Assembly (NCBI RefSeq): GCF_964355755.1
Contig: NW_027306095.1
Span: 248,001-312,000 of the forward strand
DNA: 64,000 nt
Direction of reading: 5' to 3'
Source of the DNA: Antedon mediterranea
Taxonomy: Eukaryota > Animalia > Echinodermata
Made by a program: the position numbers and the translations under genes. The notes beneath the pieces were generated by a model that was not told where the DNA came from, did no database searches, and worked only from the letters and a program-made list of their open reading frames with translations. Below are positions 26,374 through 38,700 of the stretch, piece by piece; position 1 is the stretch's first letter, and each line of letters starts with the position of its first letter.

Positions 26374-29300
26374 TAACTTGATTACACAAAAATATCAAAG
26401 TGCTTAAAATCACATTTGAAACCGTTTTAGACCATTTTGAGCATTTCGATAAAACTTTTCACACAAAACATTAAAGTGCACAAAATAACTTCAAATCGCA
26501 ATTGGAGACGTTTTAGACCATTTTGTGCATTTCGATGAAACTTTTCACACAAAAACGACAAAGTGCACAAAATAGCTTCAAATCGCATTTAGAGACGTTT
26601 TAGACAATTTTGTACATTTCGATGAAACTGGATTACACAAAACATCAAAGTGCACAAAATTGCTTCAAATCGCATTTGGAGACGTTTTAGACCATTTTGT
26701 GCATTTCGAAAAAACTTTTCACACAAAAACGACAAAGTGCACAAAATAGCTTCAAATCGCATTTGCAGACGTTTTAGAACATTTTGTGCATTTCGATGAA
26801 ACTTTTCACACAAAAACATCAAAGTGCACAAAATTGCTTCAAATCGCATTTGGAGACGTTTTAGACCATTTTGAGCAATTCGATGAATCTTTTCACACAA
26901 AAACGACAAAGTGCACAAAATAGCTTCAAATCGCATTTAGAGACGTTTTAGACAATTTTGTGCCTTTCGATGAAACTTTTCACAAAAAAACATCAAAGTG
27001 CACAAAATAGCTTCAAATCGCATTTGCAGACGTTTTAGACCATTTTGTGCATTTCGATGAAACTTTTCACACAAAAACATCAAAGTGCACAAAATTGCTT
27101 CAAATCGCATTTAGAGACGTTTTAGACCATTTTGTGCATTTCGATGAAACTTTTCACACAAAAACATCAAAGTGCACAAAATAGCTTCAAATCGCATTTG
27201 CAGACGTTTTAGACCATTTTGTGCATTTCGATGAAACTTTTCACACAAAAACGACAAAGTGCACAAAATATCTTCAAATCGCATTTGGAGACGTTTTAGA
27301 CCATTTTGAGCATTTCGATGAAACTTTTCACACAAAAACGACAAAGTGCACAAAATTGCTTCAAATCGCATTTAGAGACGTTTTAGACCATTTTGTGCAT
27401 TTCGATGAAACTTTTCACAAAAAAACATCAAAGTGCACTAAATAGCTTCAAATCGCATTTAGAGACGTTTTAGACCATTTTGTGCATTTCGATGAAACTT
27501 TTCAGAAAAAAACATCAAAGTGCACAAAATAGCTTCAAATCGCATTTGGAGACGTTTTAGACCATTTTGAGCATTTCGATGAAACTTTTCACACAAAAAC
27601 GACAAAGTGCACAAAATAGCTTCAAATCGCATTTAGAGACGTTTTAGACCATTTTGTGCATTTCGATGAAACTTTTCACACAAAAACATCAAAGTGCACA
27701 AAATAGCTTCAAATCGCATTTAGAGACGTTTTAGACCATTTTGTGTATTTCGATGAAACTTTTCACACAAAAACATCAAAGTGCACAAAATAGCTTCAAA
27801 TCGCATTTGGAGACGTTTTAGACCATGTTGTGCATTTCGAAAAAACTTGATTACACAAAAATATCAAAGTGCTTAAAATCACATTTGAAACCGTTTTAGA
27901 CAATTTTGAGCATTTCGATAAAACTTTTCAAACAAAACATTAAAGTGCACAAAATAGTAAACTTTTTACACAAAACATCAAAGTGCATAAAAGAGCTCCA
28001 AATCGCATTGGGAGACGTTTTAGACCATTTTGTGCATTTCGAAAAAACTTTTCACTCAAAAACATCAAAGTGCATACAATAGCTTAATATCGTATTTGGA
28101 GACGTTTTAGACAATTTTGTGCATTTCGATGAAACTTTTCACACAAAAACATCAAAGTGCACAAAATAGCTTCAAATCGCATTTGCAGACGTTTTAAACC
28201 ATTTTGTGCATTTCGATGAAACTTGATTACACAAAACATCAAAGTGCTTAAAATCACATTTGAAACCGTTTTAGACCATTTTGAGAATTTCGATAAAACT
28301 TTACACACAAAAACATCAAAGTGCACAAAATAGCTTCAAATCGCATTTAGAGACGTTTTAGACCATTTTGTGTATTTCGATGAAACTTTTCACACAAAAA
28401 CATCAAAGTGCACAAAATAGCTTCAAATCGCATTTGGAGACGTTTTAGACCATGTTGTGCATTTCGAAAAAACTTGATTACACAAAAATATTAAAGTGCT
28501 TAAAATCACATTTGAAACCGTTTTAGACAATTTTGAGCATTTCGATAAAACTTTTCACACAAAACATTAAAGTGCACAAAATAGCAAACTTTTTACACAA
28601 AACATCAAAGTGCACAAAAGAGCTCCAAATCGCATTGGGAGACGTTTTAGACCATTTTGTGCATTTCGAAAAAACTTTTCACTCAAAAACATCAAAGTGC
28701 ATACAAGAGCTTAATATCGTATTTGGAGACGTTTTAGACAATTTTGTGCATTTCGATGAAACTTTTCACACAAAAACATCAAAGTGCACAAAATAGCTTC
28801 AAATCGCATTTGCAGACGTTTTAAACCATTTTGTGCATTTCGATGAAACTTGATTACACAAAAATATCAAAGTGCTTAAAATCACATTTGAAACCGTTTT
28901 AGACCATTTTGAGCATTTCGATAAAACTTTTCACACAAAACATCAAAGTGCACAAAATAACTTCAAATCGCAATTGGAGACGTTTTAGACCATTTTGTGC
29001 ATTTCGAAAAAACTTTTCACACAAAAACGACAAAGTGCACAAAATAGCTTCAAATCGCATTTGCAGACGTTTTAGACCATTTTGTGCATTTCGATGAAAC
29101 TTTTCACACAAAAACATCAAAGTGCACAAAATTGCTTCAAATCGCATTTGGAGACGTTTTAGACCATTTTGAGCATTTCGATGAAACTTTTCACACAAAA
29201 ACGACAAAGTGCACAAAATAGCTTCAAATCGCATTTAGAGACGTTTTAGACAATTTTGTGCATTTCGATGAAACTTTTCACAAAAAAACATCAAAGTGCA

Positions 29301-29717
29301 CAAAATAGCTTCAAATCGCATTTAGAGACGTTTTAGACCATTTTGTGCATTTCGATGAAACTTTTCACACAAAAACATCAAAGTGCACAAAATAGCTTCA
29401 AATCGCATTTAGAGACGTTTTAGACCATTTTGTGCATTTCGATGAAACTTTTCACAAAAAAACATCAAAGTGCACAAAATAGCTTCATATCGCATTTGGA
29501 GACGTTTTAGACCATTTTGAGCATTTCGATGAAACTTGATTACACAAAAATATCAAAGTGCTTAAAATCACATTTGAAACCGTTTTAGACCATTTTGAGC
29601 ATTTCGATAAAACTTTTCACACAAAACATCAAAGTGCACAAAATAACTTCAAATCGCAATTGAAGACGTTTTAGACCATTTTGTGCATTTCGATGAAACT
29701 TTTCACACAAAAACGAC
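26364..29717 (+). repeat. Satellite block 3, ~3.35-kb island in A-rich orientation
   Basis: Begins catttcgatgtaacttgattac at 26364 and ends ...acacaaaaacgac at 29717. The MRFEAIL ORFs are on the - strand here. Confidence 0.97.
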
Positions 29718-29727
29718 GATTTGAAGC
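29708..29727. other. Strand-switch junction J3
   Basis: caaaaacga-c-gatttgaagc. Forward ...aaaaacgac is joined to reverse cgatttgaag with a 1-bp overlap. Confidence 0.95.
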
Positions 29728-32700
29728 TATTTTGTGCACTTTGATGTTTTTGTGTGAAAAGTTTCATCGAAATGCACAAAATGGTCTAAAACGTCTCTAA
29801 ATGCGATTTGAAGCTATTTTGTGCACTTTGATGTTCTTGTGTGAAAAGTTTCATCGAAATGCACAAAATGGTCTAAAACATCTCTAAATGCGATTTGAAG
29901 CTATTTTGTGCACTTTGTCGTTTTTGTGTGAAAAGTTTCATCGAAATGCTCAAAATGGTCTAAAACGTCTCTAAATGCGATTTGAAGCTATTTTGTGCAC
30001 TTTGATGTTTTTGTGTGAAAAGTTTCATCGAAATGCACAAAATGGTCTAAAACGTCTCTAAATGCGATTTGAAGCTATTTTGTGCACTTTGATGTTTTTT
30101 TGTGAAAAGTTTCATCGAAATGCACAAAATGGTCTAAAACGTCTTCAATTGCGATTTGAAGTTATTTTGTGCACTTTGATGTTTTGTGTGAAAAGTTTTA
30201 TCGAAATGCTCAAAATGGTCTAAAACGGTTTCAAATGTGATTTTAAGCACTCTGATATTTTTGTGTAATCAAGTTTCATCGAAATGCACAAAATGGTCTA
30301 AAACGTCTGCAAATGCGATTTGAAGCTATTTTGTGCACTTTGATGTTTTTTTGTGAAAAGTTTCATCGAAATGCTCAAAATGGTCTAAAACGTCTCCAAA
30401 TACGATATTAAGCTATTGTATGCACTTTAATATTTTTGAGTGAAAAGTTTTTTCGAAATGCACAAAATGGTCTAAAACGTCTCCAAATACGATTTGAAGC
30501 TATTTTGTGCACTTTGATGTTTTTTTGTGAAAAGTTTCATCGAAATGTACAAAATTGTCTAAAACGTCTCTAAATGCGATTTGAAGCTATTTTGTGCACT
30601 TTGATGTTTTTTTGTGAAAAGTTTCATCGAAATGTACAAAATTGTCTAAAACGTCTCTAAATGCGATTTGAAGCTATTTTGTGCACTTTGTCGTTTTTGT
30701 GTGAAAAGTTTCATCGAAATGCTCAAAATGGTCTAAAACGTCTCCAAATGCGATTTGAAGCAATTTTGTGCACTTTGATGTTTTTGTGTGAAAAGTTTCA
30801 TCGAAATGCACAAAATGGTCTAAAACGTCTGCAAATGCGATTTGAAGTTATTTTGTGCACTTTGTCGTTTTTGTGTGAAAAGTTTTTTCGAAATGCACAA
30901 AATGGTCTAAAACGTCTCCAAATGCGATTTGAAGCTATTTTGTGCATTTTGATGTTTTGTGTAATCCAGTTTCATCGAAATGTACAAAATTGTCTAAAAC
31001 GTCTCTAAATGCGATTTGAAGCTATTTTGTGCACTTTGTCGTTTTTGTGTGAAAAGTTTCATCGAAATGCACAAAATGGTCTAAAACGTCTCCAATTGCG
31101 ATTTGAAGTTATTTTGTGCACTTTGATGTTTTGTGTGAAAAGTTTTATCGAAATGCTCAAAATGGTCTAAAACGGTTTCAAATGTGATTTTAAGCCCTTT
31201 GATATTTTTGTGTAATCAAGTTTCATCGAAATGCACAAAATGGTCTAAAACGTCTGCAAATGCGATTTAAAGCTATTTTGTGCACTTTAATGTTTTGTGT
31301 GAAAAGTTTTATCGAAATTCTCAAAATGGTCTAAAACGGTTTCAAATGTGATTTTAAGCACTTTGATGTTTTTGTGTAATCAAGTTTCATCGAAATGCAC
31401 AAAATGGTCTAAAACGTCTCCAAATGCGATTTGAAGCAATTTTGTGCACTTTGATGTTTTGTGTAATCCAGTTTCATCGAAATGTACAAAATTGTCTAAA
31501 ACGTCTCTAAATGCGATTTGAAGCTATTTTGTGCACTTTGTCGTTTTTGTGTAATCAAGTTTCATCGAAATGCACAAAATGGTCTAAAACGTCTGCAAAT
31601 GCGATTTAAAGCTATTTTGTGCACTTTAATGTTTTGTGTGAAAAGTTTTATCGAAATTCTCAAAATGGTCTAAAACGGTTTCAAATGTGATTTTAAGCAC
31701 TTTGATGTTTTTGTGTAATCAAGTTTCATCGAAATTCACTAAAAGGTCTAGAACCTCTGCAAATGCAATTTAAAGCTATTTTGTGCACTTTAATGTTTTC
31801 TGTGAAAAGTTTTATCGAAATTCTCAAAATGGTCTAAAACAGTTTCAAATGTGATTTTAAGCACTTTGATGTTTTTGTGTAATCAAGTTTTTTCGAAATG
31901 CACAACATGGTCTAAAACGTCTCCAAATGCGATTTGAAGCTATTTTGTGCACTTTGATGTTTTTGTGTGAAAAGTTTCAATGAAATGCACAAAATGGTCT
32001 AAAACGTCTCTAAATGCGATTTGAAGCTATTTTGTGCACTTTGTCGTTTTTGTGTGAAAAGTTTCATCGAAATGCTCAAAATGGTCTAAAACGTCTCCAA
32101 ATGCGATTTGAAGCTATTTTGTGCACTTTGATGTTTTTTTCTGAAAAGTTTCATCGAAATGCACAAAATGGTCTAAAACGTCTCTAAATGCGATTTGAAG
32201 CTATTTTGTGCACTTTGATGTTTTTGTGTGAAAAGTTTCATCGAAATGCACAAAATGGTCTAAAACGTCTCTAAATGCGATTTGAAGCTATTTTGTGCAC
32301 TTTGATGTTTTTTTGTGAAAAGTTTCATCGAAATGCACAAAATGGTCTAAAACGTCTCCAAATGCGATTTGAAGCAATTTTGTGCACTTTGATGTTTTTG
32401 TGTGAAAAGTTTCATCGAAATGCACAAAATGGTCTAAAACGTCTGCAAATGCGATTTGAAGCTATTTTGTGCACTTTGATGTTTTTTTGTGAAAAGTTTC
32501 ATCGAAAGGCACAAAATTGTCTAAAACGTCTCTAAATGCGATTTGAAGCTATTTTGTGCACTTTGTCGTTTTTGTGTGAAAAGTTTCATCGAAATTCCCA
32601 AAATGGTCTAAAACATCTCCAAATGCGATTTGAAGCAATTTTGTGCACTTTGATGTTTTTGTGTGAAAAGTTTCATCGAAATGCACAAAATGGTCTAAAA

Positions 32701-35700
32701 CGTCTGCAAATGCGATTTGAAGCTATTTTGTGCACTTTGTCGTTTTTGTGTGAAAAGTTTTTTCGAAATGCACAAAATGGTCTAAAACGTCTCCAAATGC
32801 GATTTGAAGCAATTTTGTGCACTTTGATGTTTTGTGTAATCCAGTTTCATCGAAATGTACAAAATTGTCTAAAACGTCTCTAAATGCGATTTGAAGCTAT
32901 TTTGTGCACTTTGTCGTTTTTGTGTGAAAAGTTTTTTCGAAATGCACAAAATGGTCTAAAACGTCTCCAAATGCGATTTGAAGCAATTTTGTGCACTTTG
33001 ATGTTTTGTGTAATCCAGTTTCATCGAAATGTACAAAATTGTCTAAAACGTCTCTAAATGCGATTTGAAGCTATTTTGTGCACTTTGTCGTTTTTGTGTG
33101 AAAAGTTTTATCGAATTGCTCAAAATGGTCTAAAACGGTTTCAAATGTGATTTGAAGTTATTTTGTGCACTTTGATGTTTTGTGTGAAAAGTTTTATCGA
33201 AATGCTCAAAATGGTCTAAAACGGTTTCAAATGTGATTTTAAGCACTTTGATATTTTTGTATAATCAAGTTAAATCGAAATGCACAAAATGGTCTAAAAC
33301 GTCTGCAAATGCGATTTAAAGCTATTTTGTGTTTTGTGTGAAAAGTTTTATCGAAATTCTCAAAATGGTCTAAAACGGTTTCAAATGTGATTTTAAGCAC
33401 TTTGATGTTTTTGTGTAATCAAGTTTCATCGAAATGCACTAAATGGTTTAAAACGTCTGCAAATGCGATTTGAAGCTATTTTGTGCACTTTGATGTTTTT
33501 TTGTGAAAAGTTTCATCGAAATGCACAAAATGGTCTAAAACGTCTCTAAATGCGATTTGAAGCTATTTTGTGCACTTTGATGTTTTTTTGTGAAAAGTTT
33601 CATCGAAATGCACAAAATTGTCTAAAACGTCTCTAAATGCGATTTGAAGCTATTTTGTGCACTTTGTCGTTTTTGTGTGAAAAGTTTCATCGAAATGCTC
33701 AAAATGGTCTAAAACGTCTCCAAATGCGATTTGAAGCAATTTTGTGCACTTTGATGTTTTTGTGTGAAAAGTTTATTCGAAATGCACAAAATGGTCTAAA
33801 ACGTCTCCAAATGCGATTTGAAGTTATTTTGTGCACTTTGATGTTTTGTGTGAAAAGTTTTATCGAAATGCTCAAAATGGTCTAAAACGGTTTCAAATGT
33901 GATTTTAAGCACTTTGATATTTTTGTGTAATCAAGTTTCATCGAAATGCTCAAAATGGTCTAAAACGTCTCCAAATGCGATTTGAAGCTATTTTGTGCAC
34001 TTTGATGTTTTTTTGTGAAAAGTTTCATCGAAATGCACAAAATGGTCTAAAACGTCTCTAAATGCGATTTGAAGCTATTTTGTGCACTTTGATGTTTTTG
34101 TGTGAAAAGTTTCATCGAAATGCACAAAATGGTCTAAAACGTCTCTAAATGCGATTTGAAGCTATTTTGTGCACTTTGATGTTTTTTTGTGAAAAGTTTC
34201 ATCGAAATGCACAAAATGGTCTAAAACGTCTCTAAATGCGATTTGAAGCTATTTTGTGCACTTTGATGTTTTTTTGTGAAAAGTTTCATCGAAATGCACA
34301 AAATTGTCTAAAACGTCTCTAAATGCGATTTGAAGCTATTTTGTGCACTTTGTCGTTTTTGTGTGAAAAGTTTCATCGAAATGCACAAAATGGTCTAAAA
34401 CGTCTGCAAATGCGATTTGAAGCTATTTTGTGCACTTTGTCGTTTTTGTGTGAAAAGTTTTTTCGAAATGCACAAAATGGTCTAAAACGTCTCCAATTGC
34501 GATTTGAAGTTATTTTGTGCACTTTGATGTTTTGTGTGAAAAGTTTTATCGAAATGCTCAAAATGGTCTAAAACGGTTTCAAATGTGATTTTAAGCACTT
34601 TGATATTTTTGTGTAATCAAGTTTCATCGAAATGCACAAAATGGTCTAAAACGTCTGCAAATGCGATTTAAAGCTATTTTGTGCACTTTAATGTTTTGTG
34701 TGAAAAGTTTTATCGAAATTCTCAAAATGGTCTAAAACGGTTTCAAATGTGATTTTAAGCACTTTGATGTTTTTGTGTAATCAAGTTTCATCGAAAATCA
34801 CTAAAAGGTCTAGAACCTCTGCAAATGCAATTTAAAGCTATTTTGTGCACTTTAATGTTTTCTGTGAAAAGTTTTATCGAAATTCTCAAAATGGTCTAAA
34901 ACGGTTTCAAATGTGATTTTAAGCACTTTGATGTTTTTGTGTAATCAAGTTTTTTCGAAATGCACAACATGGTCTAAAACGTCTCCAAATGCGATTTGAA
35001 GCTATTTTGTGCACTTTGATGTTTTTGTGTGAAAAGTTTCAATGAAATGCACAAAATGGTCTAAAACGTCTCTAAATGCGATTTGAAGCTATTTTGTGCA
35101 CTTTGTCGTTTTTGTGTGAAAAGTTTCATCGAAATGCTCAAAATGGTCTAAAACGTCTCCAAATGCGATTTGAAGCTATTTTGTGCACTTTGATGTTTTT
35201 TTCTGAAAAGTTTCATCGAAATGCACAAAATGGTCTAAAACGTCTCTAAATGCGATTTGAAGCTATTTTGTGCACTTTGATGTTTTTGTGTGAAAAGTTT
35301 CATCGAAATGCACAAAATGGTCTAAAACGTCTCTAAATGCGATTTGAATCTATTTTGTGCACTTTGATGTTTTTTTGTGAAAAGTTTCATCGAAATGCAC
35401 AAAATGGTCTAAAACGTCTCTAAATGCGATTTGAAGCTATTTTGTGCACTTTGTCGTTTTTGTGTGAAAAGTTTCATCGAAATGCTCAAAATGGTCTAAA
35501 ACGTCTCCAAATGCGATTTGAAGCAATTTTGTGCACTTTGATGTTTTTGTGTGAAAAGTTTCATTGAAATGCACAAAATGGTCTAAAACGTCTGCAAATG
35601 CGATTTGAAGCTATTTTGTGCACTTTGATGTTTTTTTGTGAAAAGTTTCATCGAAAGGCACAAAATTGTCTAAAACGTCTCTAAATGCGATTTGAAGCTA

Positions 35701-35749
35701 TTTTGTGCACTTTGTCGTTTTTGTGTGAAAATTTTCATCGAAATTCCCA

Positions 35750-38700
35750 AAATGGTCTAAAACATCTCCAAATGCGATTTGAAGCAATTTTGTGCACTTT
35801 GATGTTTTTGTGTGAAAAGTTTCATCGAAATGCACAAAATGGTCTAAAACGTCTGCAAATGCGATTTGAAGCTATTTTGTGCACTTTGTCGTTTTTGTAC
35901 GAAAAGTTTTTTCGAAATGCACAAAATGGTCTAAAACGTCTCCAAATGCGATTTGAAGCAATTTTGTGCACTTTGATGTTTTGTGTAATCCAGTTTCATC
36001 GAAATGTACAAAATTGTCTAAAACGTCTCTAAATGCGATTTGAAGCTATTTTGTGCACTTTGTCGTTTTTGTGTGAAAAGTTTTTTCGAAATGCACAAAA
36101 TGGTCTAAAACGTCTCTAAATGCGATTTGAAGCAATTTTGTGCACTTTGATGTTTTGTGTAATCCAGTTTCATCGAAATGTACAAAATTGTCTAAAACGT
36201 CTCTAAATGCGATTTGAAGCTATTTTGTGCACTTTGTCGTTTTTGTGTGAAAAGTTTTTTCGAAATGCACAAAATGGTCTAAAACGTCTCCAATTGCGAT
36301 TTGAAGTTATTTTGTGCACTTTGATGTTTTGTGTGAAAAGTTTTATCGAAATGCTCAAAATGGTCTAAAACGGTTTCAAATGTGATTTTAAGCACTTTGA
36401 TATTTTTGTGTAATCAAGTTTCATCGAAATGCACAAAATGGTCTAAAACGTCTGCAAATGCGATTTAAAGCTATTTTGTGCACTTTAATGTTTTGTGTGA
36501 AAAGTTTTATCGAAATTCTCAAAATGGTCTAAAACGGTTTCAAATGTGATTTTAAGCACTTTGATGTTTTTGTGTAATCAAGTTTCATCGAAATGCACAA
36601 AATGGTTTAAAACGTCTGCAAATGCGATTTGAAGCTATTTTGTGCACTTTGATGTTTTTGTGTGAAAAGTTTCATCGAAATGCACAAAATTGTCTAAAAC
36701 GTCTCCAAATACGATATTAAGCTATTTTGTGCACTTTGATGTTTTTGTGTGAAAAGTTTCATCGAAATGCACAAAATGGTCTAAAACGTCTGCAAATGCG
36801 ATTTGAAGCTATTTTGTGCACTTTGTCGTTTTTGTGTGAAAAGTTTCATCGAAATGCTCAAAATGGTCTAAAACGTCTCCAAATGCGATTTGAAGCAATT
36901 TTGTGCACTTTGATGTTTTTGTGTGAAAAGTTTCATCGAAATGCACAAAATGGTCTCTAAAACGTCTGCAAATGCGATTTGAAGCTATTTTGTGCACTTT
37001 GTCGTTTTTGTGTGAAAAGTTTTTTCGAAATGCACAAAATGGTCTAAAACGTCTCCAAATGCGATTTGAAGCAATTTTGTGCACTTTGATGTTTTGTGTA
37101 ATCCAGTTTCATCGAAATGTACAAAATTGTCTAAAACGTCTCTAAATGCGATTTGAAGCTATTTTGTGCACTTTGTCGTTTTTGTGTGAAAAGTTTTTTC
37201 GAAATGCACAAAATGGTCTAAAACGTCTCCAATTGCGATTTGAAGTTATTTTGTGCACTTTGATGTTTTGTGTGAAAAGTTTTATCGAAATGCTCAAAAT
37301 GGTCTAAAACGGTTTCAAATGTGATTTTAAGCACTTTGATATTTTTGTATAATCAAGTTAAATCGAAATGCACAAAATGGTTTAAAACGTCTGCAAATGC
37401 GATTTAAAGCTATTTTGTGCACTTTAATGTTTTGTGTGAAAAGTTTTATCGAAATTCTCAAAATGGTCTAAAACGGTTTTAAATGTGATTTTAAGCACTT
37501 TGATGTTTTTGTGTAATCAAGTTTCATCGAAATGCACTAAATGGTTTAAAACGTCTGCAAATGCGATTTGAAGCTATTTTGTGCACTTTGATGTTTTTGT
37601 GTGAAAAGTTTCATCGAAATGCACAAAATTGTCTAAAACGTCTCCAAATACGATATTAAGCTATTGTATGCACTTTGATGTTTTTGAGTGAAAAGTTTTT
37701 TCGAAATGCACAAAATGGTCTAAAACGTCTCCAAATGCGATTTGGAGCTCTTTTGTGCACTTTGATGTTTTGTGTAAAAAGTTTGCTATTTTGTGCACTT
37801 TAATGTTTTGTGTGAAAAGTTTTATCGAAATGCTCAAAATTGTCTAAAACGGTTTCAAATGTGATTTTAAGCACTTTGATATTTTTGTGTAATCAAGTTT
37901 TTTCGAAATGCACAACATGGTCTAAAACGTCTCCAAATGCGATTTGAAGCTATTTTGTGCACTTTGATGTTTTTGTGTGAAAAGTTTATTCGAAATGCAC
38001 AAAATGGTCTAAAACGTCTCCAAATGCGATTTGAAGTTATTTTGTGCACTTTGATGTTTTGTGTGAAAAGTTTTATCGAAATGCTCAAAATGGTCTAAAA
38101 CGGTTTCAAATGTGATTTTAAGCACTTTGATATTTTTGTGTAATCAAGTTTCATCGAAATGCTCAAAATGGTCTAAAACGTCTCCAAATGCGATTTGAAG
38201 CTATTTTGTGCACTTTGATGTTTTTTTGTGAAAAGTTTCATCGAAATGCACAAAATGGTCTAAAACGTCTCTAAATGCGATTTGAAGCTATTTTGTGCAC
38301 TTTGATGTTTTTGTGTGAAAAGTTTCATCGAAATGCACAAAATGGTCTAAAACGTCTCTAAATGCGATTTGAAGCTATTTTGTGCACTTTGATGTTTTTT
38401 TGTGAAAAGTTTCATCGAAATGCACAAAATGGTCTAAAACATCTCCAAATGCGATTTGAAGCAATTTTGTGCACTTTGATGTTTTTGTGTGAAAAGTTTC
38501 ATCGAAATGCACAAAATGGTCTAAAACGTCTGCAAATGCGATTTGAAGCTATTTTGTGCACTTTGTCGTTTTTGTACGAAAAGTTTTTTCGAAATGCACA
38601 AAATGGTCTAAAACGTCTCCAAATGCGATTTGAAGCAATTTTGTGCACTTTGATGTTTTGTGTAATCCAGTTTCATCGAAATGTACAAAATTGTCTAAAA

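Larger units (their letters stand above)
19650..29650. repeat. Large higher-order duplication, copy A (includes J2)
   Basis: Rare variants and ORF patterns recur at offsets 24,521 (19861/44382, 20209/44730), 24,614 (22540/47154, 23395/48009), 25,926 (26589/52515 to 28533/54459) and 26,090 (28899/54989). Ends approximate. Confidence 0.9.

Noticed and set aside
26364-29717. Inverted island as an inserted transposon or site-specific invertible switch
   Set aside because: It consists only of satellite, with no TIR/TSD or recombinase. Its two junctions are non-reciprocal, and the left one recurs at 52290 with a longer continuation.
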